Assembly (NCBI GenBank): GCA_040882355.1
Contig: JBBEBM010000010.1
Location: 1-42,209 of the forward strand
Source: Dehalococcoidia bacterium
Lineage (GTDB): Bacteria > Chloroflexota > Dehalococcoidia > DSTF01 > RBG-16-68-14
Direction: 5' to 3'
DNA length: 42,209 nt
Shown: piece by piece, positions 16,790-26,445 of the stretch
How positions within the stretch are numbered: the first letter of the stretch is position 1
Layout: every line of letters begins with the position of its first letter
Translations under genes and position numbers: made by a program
Notes under the pieces: generated by a model
Seen by the model: only the letters and a program-made list of their open reading frames with translations
The model's database searches: none
What the model was told of the DNA's origin: nothing

Positions 16790-17926
16790 CTAGATCTTGA
16801 GGCCCTGCGCTACTAGCTCGCGGTGGTAGTCAGCGTCGCCCCAGGCCAGCTCGCCGGCCTTCTGCCGGCGGAAGTAGAGCTGGATTACGTACTCCTTCGT
16901 GAACCCGATGCCGCCGTGGATCTGCTGGCCGTGGGCAACCACCCGCCGGGTCGCCTCGCTGCACCATGCCTTGGCCATGTGGACGTCCAGGTCAGCCTCA
17001 GCCGTGTCCTCCGCCACTGACCAGGCAGCCTTGTACATGATAAAGCGCGCCCCATCCACGTCTGTCACCATGTCGGCCGCCTTGTGTTGGATCGCCTGGA
17101 AGCTGCCGATCGGACGGCCGAACTGAATGCGGTCCTTCGCGTACTGCACGCTGATCTCGAAGTCCTTCTGCGCTAGCCCGACCAGGTACGCGCATTCGAT
17201 CACCGTACCCTTGCGGGCGATGCGCTCGAACAGCGCCCAGCCCTTGCCGGCCTCGCCGACCACGTTCGCCTTCGGAACGCGCACGTTCTCGAACTTCACC
17301 TCGCCCTGCTTGTCCGCGGCTATCGTCTTGAGCTGCGTGTGCGAGATGCCCGGGCTCTTGCTGTCGACGATCAGCAGCGTAACGCCGTCCTCCGGGTTCG
17401 CCCCCTTCGACGTGCGCGCGACGACCGTCATGTAGTCGCTCACGTGCGCGTCGCGGATGAACAGCTTCGTCCCGTTGAGGACGTAGCTGTCGCCGTCTTC
17501 TTTCGCCTCCAGCTCGACACCCTCCGCGTCGAAGCGCGCCGAAGGCTCCGTGAACGCCAGCGTCCAGATCTGCTCGCCGGAAGCGATCTTCGGCAGGTAC
17601 TGCTGCTTCTGCGCGTCCGACCCGCCTTCCTGCAGCGCGATCGCGCCGCCGACGACGGTCGGGATGAACGGGCCCGGTACCAGCGCGCGCCCGAACTCCT
17701 CCATCAGGATCACCAGGTCGACGAAGCCCATCCCAGTGCCGCCTTGGCCCTCCGGTACGATGAGCCCCTGCCAGCCCTGCTCCGCCATCTTCTTCCACAG
17801 CTCCGGCGAGTAGCCTTGCTCGTCCTCCTCCATGTCTCGCACGTGCTTCTCCGGACACTCCTTCTCCAGGAAGTCCCGCGCGAAGTTCTTGAGCAGCTCT
17901 TGCTCCTCACTCAGTCCTAGGTCCAC
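16790..17926 (-). CDS. Acyl-CoA dehydrogenase, non-catalytic partner-type subunit (FadE27/FadE28-like)
   Basis: GTG start 17926 after AAGGAGAG; EEFGRALVPGP, LNGTKLF, R.QFGRPIGSFQAIQHK, QIHGGIGFTKEY, AWGDADYHR; lacks the TLDFER catalytic Glu. Confidence 0.88.
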   Translation of the reverse strand: MDLGLSEEQELLKNFARDFLEKECPEKHVRDMEEDEQGYSPELWKKMAEQGWQGLIVPEGQGGTGMGFVDLVILMEEFGRALVPGPFIPTVVGGAIALQEGGSDAQKQQYLPKIASGEQIWTLAFTEPSARFDAEGVELEAKEDGDSYVLNGTKLFIRDAHVSDYMTVVARTSKGANPEDGVTLLIVDSKSPGISHTQLKTIAADKQGEVKFENVRVPKANVVGEAGKGWALFERIARKGTVIECAYLVGLAQKDFEISVQYAKDRIQFGRPIGSFQAIQHKAADMVTDVDGARFIMYKAAWSVAEDTAEADLDVHMAKAWCSEATRRVVAHGQQIHGGIGFTKEYVIQLYFRRQKAGELAWGDADYHRELVAQGLKI

Positions 17927-17996
17927 GTTACTCTCTCCTTTCGTGTTGTTCGCAAGTAGTCGTTCCACAGGCCTGCCGGCCCGAGAATGCCCTCTC

Positions 17997-18332
17997 TCAA
18001 TCGAGCTCGTTGATCTTCGCCGCCAGGATGAAGTCGTTCTCCGAAAGGCCGCCGATCGCGTGCGTCACCAGCTCCAGCGTCACGCGGTTCCACGAGACGC
18101 AGATGTCCGGATGATGCCCTTCGGCTTCGGCCACCTCCGCAACGCGGTTGATGAACGCCATCGCCTGCGCGAAGTTCTTGAAACGCAGCTCGCGCTTGAT
18201 CCTTAGCGGCTCGCCTGCCACCAGCGCCCAGCCCGACACGTGCGCCAGGTACGCCTCGGCTTCGGCCGCCGTCATCGGCTTCGTGCCGCCCTCGCAAGGA
18301 GCGCAGTGCTTCGCGGAGAGTGCCGTTCCCAT
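17997..18332 (-). CDS. Pterin-4-alpha-carbinolamine dehydratase
   Basis: CAPCEGG, FKNF..AMAF.N.VA..AEAEGHHPDI, THAIGGLSENDFILAAKI. Confidence 0.92.
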   Translation of the reverse strand: MGTALSAKHCAPCEGGTKPMTAAEAEAYLAHVSGWALVAGEPLRIKRELRFKNFAQAMAFINRVAEVAEAEGHHPDICVSWNRVTLELVTHAIGGLSENDFILAAKINELD

Positions 18333-18334
18333 AA

Positions 18335-19507
18335 TCACTCTCGTGGTAGCCCCAAGCCGCGCTGCGCGATAATCGTGCGCTGGATCTCGCTCGTGCCGCC
18401 GGCGAGCGTCGAGCCGACCTGGATGCGGTACATGTGCTCGATGCGTCCCAGCAACGGCGCGTGCGGCGAACCCGGGCCGAGCTGCCCGTGCAGGCCCGCC
18501 AGGCGGATGCCGGTTCGCGCGATGCGCTGCGCCAGCTCCGAACCGTACAGCTTCGTGATCGAGGCCTCCTGGTTCGGGATCAGCCCCTGCGCCTGCATGC
18601 TGGCGACACGATACGAGAACAAGATCGAGATCTGCGTCTCGATCGCCCGCTCGGCGAGCTCGTGGCGAGCGGCAGCGCCGCCGCGCTTCCGCCAGTACGG
18701 ACTCGTTGCCTCGGAGATCTCGCCCAGGAGCTGCTGGAGGCTGATCGCATTGATGATGCCCGAGCGCTCGAAATCGAGCGTCGTCGTCGCCACGTACCAG
18801 CCGCGGTTCAGCTCGCCGATCAGGTCCTTCTTGGGCACGCGCACATTGTCGAAGAACACTTCATTGAAGCTGTCCGTCTCTGCCATATTGGTAAGCGGGC
18901 GTACCGTCACGCCCGGCGCGTGCATGTCGACGACAAACGCCGAGATGCCCTTGTGCTTCGGCGCGTCCTGGTCCGTGCGCGCCAGGATCATCATTCGCTC
19001 CGCCCGGTGCGCGCCCGACGTCCAGATCTTCTGCCCGTTAATCACAAAGTCATCGCCATCCACCTCGGCGCGCGTCTGAAGCGACGCCAGGTCCGAACCC
19101 GATCCGGGTTCGCTGAAGCCCTGGCACCAGTAGACCTCGCCCGACAGGATACCTGAGAGGTGCTCCCGCTTCTGCTCCTCCGTCCCGTGGACGATGATCG
19201 TCGGCCCGATGAGCCCGATGGCGAGGAAGTTCGGCCGGGGCGCCCGCGCCCGCGCGAGCTCTTCATTGAAGATGAACTGGTGCATCACCGACAGGTCGGC
19301 GCCGCCGTACTCCTTCGGCCAGGTCGGCGCGACCCAGCCACGCTTCGCCAGCGTCTTCAGCCATTCCATGTCGCGCGGGTTCTCGCCCGTGCCCACGCCC
19401 AGCACCGCATCGTCCGGCTGCCGCATGTCCGGCGGCAGCTCCTGCTGAAGGAACTCGCGCACCTCGGTGCGAAACTTGGCGTCGCTAGGCGAGTCTCGAA
19501 AGTCCAT
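18335..19507 (-). CDS. Acyl-CoA dehydrogenase, catalytic-type subunit (FadE26/FadE29-like), copy 5
   Basis: WCQGFSEPGSGSDLASL, NGQKIWTS, PKHKGIS, FNEVFFDNVRVP, TLDFERS, GGTSEIQR. Confidence 0.92.
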   Translation of the reverse strand: MDFRDSPSDAKFRTEVREFLQQELPPDMRQPDDAVLGVGTGENPRDMEWLKTLAKRGWVAPTWPKEYGGADLSVMHQFIFNEELARARAPRPNFLAIGLIGPTIIVHGTEEQKREHLSGILSGEVYWCQGFSEPGSGSDLASLQTRAEVDGDDFVINGQKIWTSGAHRAERMMILARTDQDAPKHKGISAFVVDMHAPGVTVRPLTNMAETDSFNEVFFDNVRVPKKDLIGELNRGWYVATTTLDFERSGIINAISLQQLLGEISEATSPYWRKRGGAAARHELAERAIETQISILFSYRVASMQAQGLIPNQEASITKLYGSELAQRIARTGIRLAGLHGQLGPGSPHAPLLGRIEHMYRIQVGSTLAGGTSEIQRTIIAQRGLGLPRE

Positions 19508-19509
19508 GA

Positions 19510-20685
19510 CTAGCCTCTCGCTAACCCCAGCCCTCGGGTAGCAATAATATTCCGCTGGATCTCGCTCGTGCCGGCGGCGATGGTGGAGCCGACGGACTGC
19601 AGATACGAGCGCTCGAAGCGCCCGTGCAGCCGCGCGTACGGCGACGCCGGTGCGAGCTGACCGTACAGCCCCAGCGTGTGCAGGCCGGCCCGCGCCAGCC
19701 GCTGGTTGTACTCCGAGTTGAAGATCTTCACGATCGACGCCTCGTAGTTGGGCACGACCTTCTGCACTTGCAGCGTCACCACCCGATACGAGAGGTAACG
19801 CGCGATGTTGTACTCAAGCCACAGCTCGGCGAGCTGGCGGCGCACGAGCGGTAGATCGAAGACGAGCTTCCCGTTCGCGTTCGTTTGCTTCGCGAAGCCG
19901 GTCAGCTCTTCGAGCGTGCGCCGGTAGCCGGCGGACGTCGCCACCGACGAGCGCTCGAAGTCGAGCGTCGTCGTCGCGATGTACCAGCCTCGGTTCAGCT
20001 CGCCAAGCAGGCCGGAGCGTGGCACGCGCACGTCTTCGAAGAACACCTCGTTGAAGCCGGATGAGCCGCCCATGTTGATCAGCGGCCGCACCGTCACGCC
20101 CGGCGCCTTCATGTCCATGAGGAAGTAGCTGATGCCCCTGTGTTTGGGCGCCTCCGGGTCCGTGCGGGCGAGCAGGAACATCCAGTCGGCGTAGTGGGCC
20201 TGGCTCGTCCAGATCTTCTGGCCGTTGATGATGAAGTCGTCGCCGTCCTGCACAGCGCGCGTCTGCAACGACGCGAGGTCCGACCCCGAGCCTGGCTCGC
20301 TGTAGCCCTGGCACCAGATCACCTCACCGGACGTGATGCCGGGCAGATGCTGCCGCTTTTGCTCCTCGGTGCCGTACATCATGATCGTCGGGCCCAGGTA
20401 GCCGACAGCGGCCAGGTTGAGCAGCGGCGCGCGATGATAGGCCATCTCCTCGTTGAAGACGACCTGCTCCCAGAGACTGAGCCCCAGCCCGCCGTACTCC
20501 TCCGGCCAGGCCGGCGCGATCCAGTTCTTCGGCGCCAGCTTGCGAAGGAACTCGCGGCCGAAGCCGAACATCTCCTCGTCGATCGCGCTGTCGGAGCCGA
20601 CCCAATCCGGCGGCAGCACCTCCTTCAGGAAGGCGCGCACCTCACCACGGAACGACTCCTGCTCGGGCGTGAAACGAAAATCCAA
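19510..20685 (-). CDS. Acyl-CoA dehydrogenase, catalytic-type subunit, copy 4
   Basis: Same motif set (WCQGYSEPGSGSDLASL, TLDFERS, AGTSEIQRNIIA); TTG start. Confidence 0.92.
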   Translation of the reverse strand: MDFRFTPEQESFRGEVRAFLKEVLPPDWVGSDSAIDEEMFGFGREFLRKLAPKNWIAPAWPEEYGGLGLSLWEQVVFNEEMAYHRAPLLNLAAVGYLGPTIMMYGTEEQKRQHLPGITSGEVIWCQGYSEPGSGSDLASLQTRAVQDGDDFIINGQKIWTSQAHYADWMFLLARTDPEAPKHRGISYFLMDMKAPGVTVRPLINMGGSSGFNEVFFEDVRVPRSGLLGELNRGWYIATTTLDFERSSVATSAGYRRTLEELTGFAKQTNANGKLVFDLPLVRRQLAELWLEYNIARYLSYRVVTLQVQKVVPNYEASIVKIFNSEYNQRLARAGLHTLGLYGQLAPASPYARLHGRFERSYLQSVGSTIAAGTSEIQRNIIATRGLGLARG

Positions 20686-20769
20686 TCGTCCGATTCCTCA
20701 GCCGCCAGGCTAGTGCCCGGCGGTCATTCGCCTATCGTGTACCAGCTACAAGCAACCAGCTACCGACAA

Positions 20770-21957
20770 CTAGTCCCGCGGCATACCGAGGCCGCGCTGC
20801 GCGACGATGTTGCGCTGGATCTCGCTCGTGCCGCCTTCGATCGTGTAGGCCACCGAGCGAAGGAACGTGTAGCCGTTGCGGCCGCCGTTGGGCGCCAGCG
20901 GCGAACCCCGGCCGAGCTGGCCGTACAGACCCAGGATGTTCACACCCGTCATCGCGATGCGTTGGTTCAGCTCAGTCGTGTACAGCTTCAGCAGCGACGC
21001 CTCGTAGTTCGGGATCAGGCCGCGGTTCTGCATGCTGGCCACTCTATAGGACAGCATCCGGCCCACCTCTACCTCCACCATCCGGTCGGACAACTCGTAG
21101 CGGAGCATGGCGTTTGTCGCCAGGGCGCTCGTGTTGTCGTCGAGGTGGTTGCGCGCGTAGTCGACGATCTCTTCCACCGACTGCTTCATGCCGATCGCGC
21201 TACCGATGGCCGATCGCTCGAAGTCGAGCGTGGTGACGGCCGTGTACCAGCCGCGGTTCTCTTCGCCGATAATGTTGTCTTTGGGTACCCGCACGTTGTC
21301 GAAGTACACCTCGTTGAACTCGTGGCTGTCGGCCATGTTCACCAGCGGCCGCACCGTCACGCCAGGCGCCTTCATGTCCACGATGAAGTAGGTGATCCCT
21401 TTGTGCTTCGGCGCGTCCGGCTCCGTGCGAGCCAGCAGGATCATCCACTTCGCCATGTGCGCGAGCGTCGTCCAGATCTTCTGGCCGTTGATCACGTAGT
21501 CATCGCCGTCTCGGACCGCGCGCGTCTGCAGCGAAGCCAGGTCGGAGCCGGCCCCTGGCTCGCTGTAACCCTGGCACCAAACGTCCTGGCCCGCCAGGAT
21601 ACCTGGCAAGTAGTCCTTCTTCTGCTCCTCCGTCCCGTGAACGATGATCGTCGGGCCGGCCATCCCCAGGCCGATGATCAGGTGCAGCGGTCGCGGCGCC
21701 CGGTGGAGCGCCATCTCTTCGTTCAGGATGAACTGCTCCATGGTGGTGAGGCTGGCGCCGCCGTACTCCTTCGGCCAGGCCGGCGCGATCCAGCCCTTCT
21801 CCGCCAGCTTCTTGAACCAGACCTGGTTGCGCTCCCAGTTCGAGACCAGCGCCTCCTCTCGGCTGGCGCCCTTCGCTACCTCGGGCGCCTCTGCCTTGAT
21901 GAAGGCCTGGACCTCCGTGCGGAAGCCCGCCTCATCTGATGAATCGCGAAAGTCCAT
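20770..21957 (-). CDS. Acyl-CoA dehydrogenase, catalytic-type subunit, copy 3
   Basis: Same motif set; AGGAGGAG RBS. Confidence 0.92.
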   Translation of the reverse strand: MDFRDSSDEAGFRTEVQAFIKAEAPEVAKGASREEALVSNWERNQVWFKKLAEKGWIAPAWPKEYGGASLTTMEQFILNEEMALHRAPRPLHLIIGLGMAGPTIIVHGTEEQKKDYLPGILAGQDVWCQGYSEPGAGSDLASLQTRAVRDGDDYVINGQKIWTTLAHMAKWMILLARTEPDAPKHKGITYFIVDMKAPGVTVRPLVNMADSHEFNEVYFDNVRVPKDNIIGEENRGWYTAVTTLDFERSAIGSAIGMKQSVEEIVDYARNHLDDNTSALATNAMLRYELSDRMVEVEVGRMLSYRVASMQNRGLIPNYEASLLKLYTTELNQRIAMTGVNILGLYGQLGRGSPLAPNGGRNGYTFLRSVAYTIEGGTSEIQRNIVAQRGLGMPRD

Positions 21958-21977
21958 ACGATACTCCTCCTGTCCTG

Positions 21978-23165
21978 CTAGTCGCGCGGCAGCCCGAGGC
22001 CCCGCGTTGCGATGATGTTGCGCTGCACCTCACTCGTGCCGCCCGCGATCGTCGATGCGAGCGTCTGGATGTACATCTGGCCGTAGCGGCCTCGCCGGGG
22101 CGACCGCTCGCCATCGCCGAGGAGCTGGCCGTACAGCCCGGTCACCTTCAGCGCCGTCCTGGCGATGCGCTGGCCCAGCTCCGACGCGTAGAGCTTCGTC
22201 ATCGAAGCCTCGTAGTTGGGCACCAGGCCCTTCGCCTGCATAGTGATCACGCGATACGAGAGGAGCCGCGCCACCTTCGCCTCGATTAGCCGGTCGGCCA
22301 GATCGTTCCGCAAGGTGGACGAATGCCCCAGCACCGACTGGTGGTCGCTGACGTGCTCCGTCGCGAAGCGGATCATGTCCTCCACCTGGAGCTGCTGCGC
22401 CACAGACGACCCGATGCTGGAGCGCTCGAAGTCGAGCGTCGTCGTGCCGATGTACCAGCCGCGATTCTCCTCACCCACCAGGTTCCTCGCCGGCACGCGC
22501 ACGTTGTCGAAGAAGACCTCGTTGAAGGCGGCGTTGCCGCCCATGTTCACCAGCGGCTGCACCGACACCCCCGGCGACTTCATGTCGAGCAGGAAGTAGC
22601 TGATGCCCTTGTGCTTCGGCGCGTCCGAGTCCGTCCGCGCGAGCATGAACATCCAGTGCGCGTACTGCGCGCCTGACGTCCAGATCTTCTGACCATTGAT
22701 CACGTAGTCGTCGCCATCACGGACCGCCTTCGTTTGTAGCGACGCGAGGTCCGAGCCGGAGCCGGGCTCGCTGAAGCCCTGGCACCACTGCACCTCGCCC
22801 GCGAGGATCTTGCCGAGGTGCTCCTTCTTCTGCTCCTCGGAGCCGTGGATGATCAGCGTTGGGCCGATCATCGCGACGCCCATGCCTCCCACCGGCGTCG
22901 CGCGCGCCTGCGCGAACTCCTCGTTCATGATGAACTGCTGCATCACTGAGAAGCCGGCGCCGCCGTACTCCTTCGGCCAGGCCGGAGCGATCCAGCCCTT
23001 GTCCGCGAGCTTCGTCCGCCACTCCTTCAGCTCCGCGAAGCGTGAGCGGTCAAAGGCCGCCGCCATCACGTCCGCCGTCCTCTCGCGCGACGGCAGCTCT
23101 TTATCGAGGAACGCCCGCACCTCCTGGCGAAAGTCTGCTTCTTCCGGCGTGTCTCGAAAGTCCAT
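21978..23165 (-). CDS. Acyl-CoA dehydrogenase, catalytic-type subunit, copy 2
   Basis: Same motif set; GGGAGG RBS. Confidence 0.92.
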   Translation of the reverse strand: MDFRDTPEEADFRQEVRAFLDKELPSRERTADVMAAAFDRSRFAELKEWRTKLADKGWIAPAWPKEYGGAGFSVMQQFIMNEEFAQARATPVGGMGVAMIGPTLIIHGSEEQKKEHLGKILAGEVQWCQGFSEPGSGSDLASLQTKAVRDGDDYVINGQKIWTSGAQYAHWMFMLARTDSDAPKHKGISYFLLDMKSPGVSVQPLVNMGGNAAFNEVFFDNVRVPARNLVGEENRGWYIGTTTLDFERSSIGSSVAQQLQVEDMIRFATEHVSDHQSVLGHSSTLRNDLADRLIEAKVARLLSYRVITMQAKGLVPNYEASMTKLYASELGQRIARTALKVTGLYGQLLGDGERSPRRGRYGQMYIQTLASTIAGGTSEVQRNIIATRGLGLPRD

Positions 23166-23199
23166 CGTTTCCTCCCTCTCTCGAAGCTCTAGCTTCGAG

Positions 23200-24414
23200 T
23201 CAGTCTCGAGGCATTCCCAAGCCGCGCTGGGCGATGATGTTGCGCTGGATCTCGCTCGTGCCGCCGCCGACGGTGCTCGTCGTCGCGTACATGTACATGT
23301 TGGGCATGCGGCCGTTCATCTGGCTGTGCGGGCTATCGCGCAGCACCTGGCCGTACAGCCCCAGCAGCTTCAGCCCCGTCGCCGAGATGCGCTGGTCCAG
23401 CTCCGTGGAGTACAGCTTCGCGACCGAGGCCTCCTTGTTCGGCACCTGCCCGCGCGACTGGATCCCGATCACCTGGTAGTTGAGCATCAGCTCCACCTGC
23501 GCCTCGACGGCGCGGTCGGCGAGCTCGTAGCGCACCAGCGGGTCGCGCGCGATCGCGCAGGTCGCGTCGTCGCGGTGCTCGCGCGCGTATCGGACGTAGT
23601 CGTCGACGGTCAGCGCGTGGCTGACGCCCGTCGCGATGCCTGAGCGCTCGAAGTCGAGGGTCGTCGTGCCGATGTACCAGCCGCGGTTCTCTTCGCCGAC
23701 CAGGTTTTCCTTCGGCACGCGCACGTTGTCGAAGAAGACCTCGTTGAAGTCGTGGCTGCCCACCATGTTCACGAGCGGCCGCACCGTGATGCCGGGCGAT
23801 TTCATGTCGAGCAGGAAGTAACTGATCCCCTTGTGCTTCGGCGCGTCCGGGTCGGTGCGCGTCAGCAGGATCATCCATTGCGCCGCGTGCGCCCCCGACG
23901 TCCAGATCTTCTGCCCGTTCACCACGTAGTCGTCACCGTCGCGCACCGCCCGCGTCTGGATCGACGCGAGGTCGGAGCCGGCGCCCGGCTCGCTGAACCC
24001 CTGGCACCAGAACGCCTCGCCGTTCAGGATCGGCGACAGGTGTCGCTTCTTCTGTTCCTCCGTGCCGTAGAGGATCAACGTGGCGCCCACCCAGCCCAGG
24101 CCGATGATGTTCGGGCTGCGAGGCGCGCCCTCCTGCGCCATCTCGTGGTTCAGGATGAACTGCTCCATCACGCCCAGGCCGCCGCCGCCGTACTCCTTCG
24201 GCCACGCCGGCGCGACCCAGCCTTTCGCCTGCAGCTTCTTCAGCCAGGCCTGCAGCGTCTTCCAGTAGTCGGCCTGGCCGAAGCGGCCGCTGCCGCCGCC
24301 GAAGATCGCGCCCCCGGCGCCGCGACGCGCCAGCCCAGTTGGCAGCTCGTTTGCGATGAAGTCGCGCACCTCCTGGCGAAACGCGGCTTCTTCCGGGCTG
24401 TCGTGAAAGTCCAT
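23200..24414 (-). CDS. Acyl-CoA dehydrogenase, catalytic-type subunit, copy 1
   Basis: Same motif set, with a Gly-rich N-terminal insertion. Confidence 0.92.
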   Translation of the reverse strand: MDFHDSPEEAAFRQEVRDFIANELPTGLARRGAGGAIFGGGSGRFGQADYWKTLQAWLKKLQAKGWVAPAWPKEYGGGGLGVMEQFILNHEMAQEGAPRSPNIIGLGWVGATLILYGTEEQKKRHLSPILNGEAFWCQGFSEPGAGSDLASIQTRAVRDGDDYVVNGQKIWTSGAHAAQWMILLTRTDPDAPKHKGISYFLLDMKSPGITVRPLVNMVGSHDFNEVFFDNVRVPKENLVGEENRGWYIGTTTLDFERSGIATGVSHALTVDDYVRYAREHRDDATCAIARDPLVRYELADRAVEAQVELMLNYQVIGIQSRGQVPNKEASVAKLYSTELDQRISATGLKLLGLYGQVLRDSPHSQMNGRMPNMYMYATTSTVGGGTSEIQRNIIAQRGLGMPRD

Positions 24415-24423
24415 GGAACGCTC

Positions 24424-25104
24424 CTATCCTTCCAGCGGCCAGCTCTGGGGAGCTACCAGCTCCGATACGGCGCGCACACCCGGCCCAACGCCCTGGCGAC
24501 GTGGAGGGGCGCGCAGGGTCTCCTGATAGAGCCGGCCCCAGCGCTCCACCTTCGTCCGGTCCAGCTCCGAGCTGAAGCCGAGCAGGTGCATCAGGTCCAG
24601 CGTCAGGCCGATGCCCAGGAACTGCCACGCGACAAGCCGCGAGTCCAGATCGCGACGCACGACGCCGCGACGCTGCCCTTCCTCGATCGTCTCGGCGACG
24701 AAGTCGACGAAACTCGCGAAGTTCTCGTGCAGCGCCTGCCGGATCTCCGGGTCGTCGGCCTCGGAGACGGCCTGGAACTGCGCCTTCATGTTCGATGAGT
24801 GGCTCTGCAGATGGTCGTAGTAGTGAACGCCAATCGACCAGATCGTCTCGAGCGGGTCCTCCACGTCGTAGGCGATCGCCTGCCAGATCTCGAGCAGCCG
24901 CGGCCCGGTGGACCGCAGCGTCGCGAGAAACAGCTCCTTCTTGCTGGAGAAGTAGCGGTACAGCGCCGGCTCGGAAACGCCGGCGGCCTTCGCCAGATCG
25001 GCGGTACCCACCTTGGCATAGCTCTGTGCAGCGAAGACCTCGCGCGCCGATTCGATGATCTGGCGGCGCCGGTCCTGGGCGGGTAGTCTCTTCGCTCGTG
25101 CCAT
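24424..25104 (-). CDS. TetR/AcrR family transcriptional regulator
   Basis: RRRQIIESAREVFA..SY...GTADLAKAAGVSEPALYRYFSSKKELF. Confidence 0.93.
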   Translation of the reverse strand: MARAKRLPAQDRRRQIIESAREVFAAQSYAKVGTADLAKAAGVSEPALYRYFSSKKELFLATLRSTGPRLLEIWQAIAYDVEDPLETIWSIGVHYYDHLQSHSSNMKAQFQAVSEADDPEIRQALHENFASFVDFVAETIEEGQRRGVVRRDLDSRLVAWQFLGIGLTLDLMHLLGFSSELDRTKVERWGRLYQETLRAPPRRQGVGPGVRAVSELVAPQSWPLEG

Positions 25105-25111
25105 CGCTAGT

Positions 25112-25173
25112 TAGTGGCGACTCACTATCGTCTGAGCCGCCTCTACCCTACCACCGCGATGGGGCGCTGTCAA
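25112..25173 (-). promoter_or_regulatory. Promoter and palindromic operator of the tetR-ACAD operon
   Basis: Minus strand TTGACA (25173-68), 17 nt, TAGGGT (25150-45); palindrome TAGTG-GCGACT-CACTA at 25112-25127 just upstream of the ATG. Confidence 0.7.
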
Positions 25174-25201
25174 CCCCTGAAATGTGGCTATGGAAGCTGG
25201 T

Positions 25202-26305
25202 CTACTCCACCAGCTCTTCTTCGCGCTCGTCGCTTGGCGCGGGTGTTGCCGCAGGCTGTGCGCCGCTGGCCGCCGCCCGCACCTCGCGCTCGATCTCATC
25301 CGCCAGCGTCGGGTTTTCGCGCAGATAGCCCTTCGCGTTCTCGCGGCCCTGGCCCAGGCGCAAGTCGCCGTAGCTCAGGAACGCGCCCAGCTTCTTCACC
25401 ACGCCCAGCTCGACGCCCAGGTCGAGCAGGTCGCCCTCCCGGCTGATGCCGGCGTGAGGGCCAAGGAACATGATGTCGAACTCAGCGTTTCGGAAGGGGG
25501 CGGCCACCTTGTTCTTCACCACCTTCGTCCGCACGCGGCTGCCGATGATCTGCGTTCCGTGCTTCAGCGTTTCGATCCGCCGGATGTCGATGCGCACCGA
25601 GCTGTAGAACTTCAGCGCCCGCCCGCCCGGCGTCACCTCCGGGTTGCCGAAGACAACGCCGATCTTCTCGCGAAGCTGATTGATGAAGATGACCGCCGTG
25701 CGGGAGCGCGCGATGGCGCCGGTCAGCTTCCGCAGCGCCTGCGACATGAGCCGCGCCTGCAGACCGGGCAGCGAGTCGCCCATCTCACCTTCGATCTCCG
25801 CCCGCGGCACGAGGGCGGCGACGCTATCGATGACGATGATGTCGACGGCGTTGCTCCGCACCAGCGCCTCGGTGATCTCCAGCGCCTGTTCGCCCGTGTC
25901 CGGCTGCGACACGAGCAGATCGTCTACTTTGACGCCAATTCCCGACGCGTACGTCGGCTCCAGCGCGTGCTCGACATCGATGTAGGCCGCCATGCCGCCT
26001 GCCGCCTGCGCCTGGGCGATGATGTGCTGGGCCAGCGTCGACTTGCCGGCCGATTCCGGCCCGAAGATCTCCGTGATCCGCCCTCGCGGCACGCCGCCCA
26101 CACCCAGCGCGATGTCCAGGGCGATCGAACCGGTCGGAATCGATTCGATATGAAGGTTGGCGGATGCCTCACCCAGGCGCATGATCGCGCCCCGGCCGAA
26201 CTGCTTCTCGATCTGGCTCAGCGCCAGGTCCAGCGCCTCGCCTTTGGCCTTCGAGCTGCCCTCGCCCTTCGAGTTGTTCTCCGTACCATTGTTGTTGTTC
26301 GCCAT
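25202..26305 (-). CDS. recA: Recombinase A
   Basis: [62 protein letters not shown]. Confidence 0.99.
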   Translation of the reverse strand: MANNNNGTENNSKGEGSSKAKGEALDLALSQIEKQFGRGAIMRLGEASANLHIESIPTGSIALDIALGVGGVPRGRITEIFGPESAGKSTLAQHIIAQAQAAGGMAAYIDVEHALEPTYASGIGVKVDDLLVSQPDTGEQALEITEALVRSNAVDIIVIDSVAALVPRAEIEGEMGDSLPGLQARLMSQALRKLTGAIARSRTAVIFINQLREKIGVVFGNPEVTPGGRALKFYSSVRIDIRRIETLKHGTQIIGSRVRTKVVKNKVAAPFRNAEFDIMFLGPHAGISREGDLLDLGVELGVVKKLGAFLSYGDLRLGQGRENAKGYLRENPTLADEIEREVRAAASGAQPAATPAPSDEREEELVE

Positions 26306-26352
26306 CGCGTAGCCTCCTTGCGATCATGCTACCGTAGACTCACTCGGCGCCT

Positions 26353-26381
26353 AATATAGCATAAGTGTTCGATATTTGCAA
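26353..26381 (-). promoter_or_regulatory. recA promoter with LexA-type SOS box
   Basis: Minus strand TTGCAA (26381-76), 17-nt spacer, TATATT (26358-53); the spacer holds CGAAC-ACTT-ATGC abutting the -10. Confidence 0.75.
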
Positions 26382-26445
26382 GCGCCTCCTCCTCTGTATA
26401 CTACCCCCAAGCTGGCCCCAATCGGCTGGGTCGCTACTGGAGGAG

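Noticed and set aside
16490..16816. 108-aa ORF between LuxR and the ACAD operon
   Set aside because: Atypical composition, no RBS or motif, and it runs through a terminator hairpin; probably non-coding or a remnant
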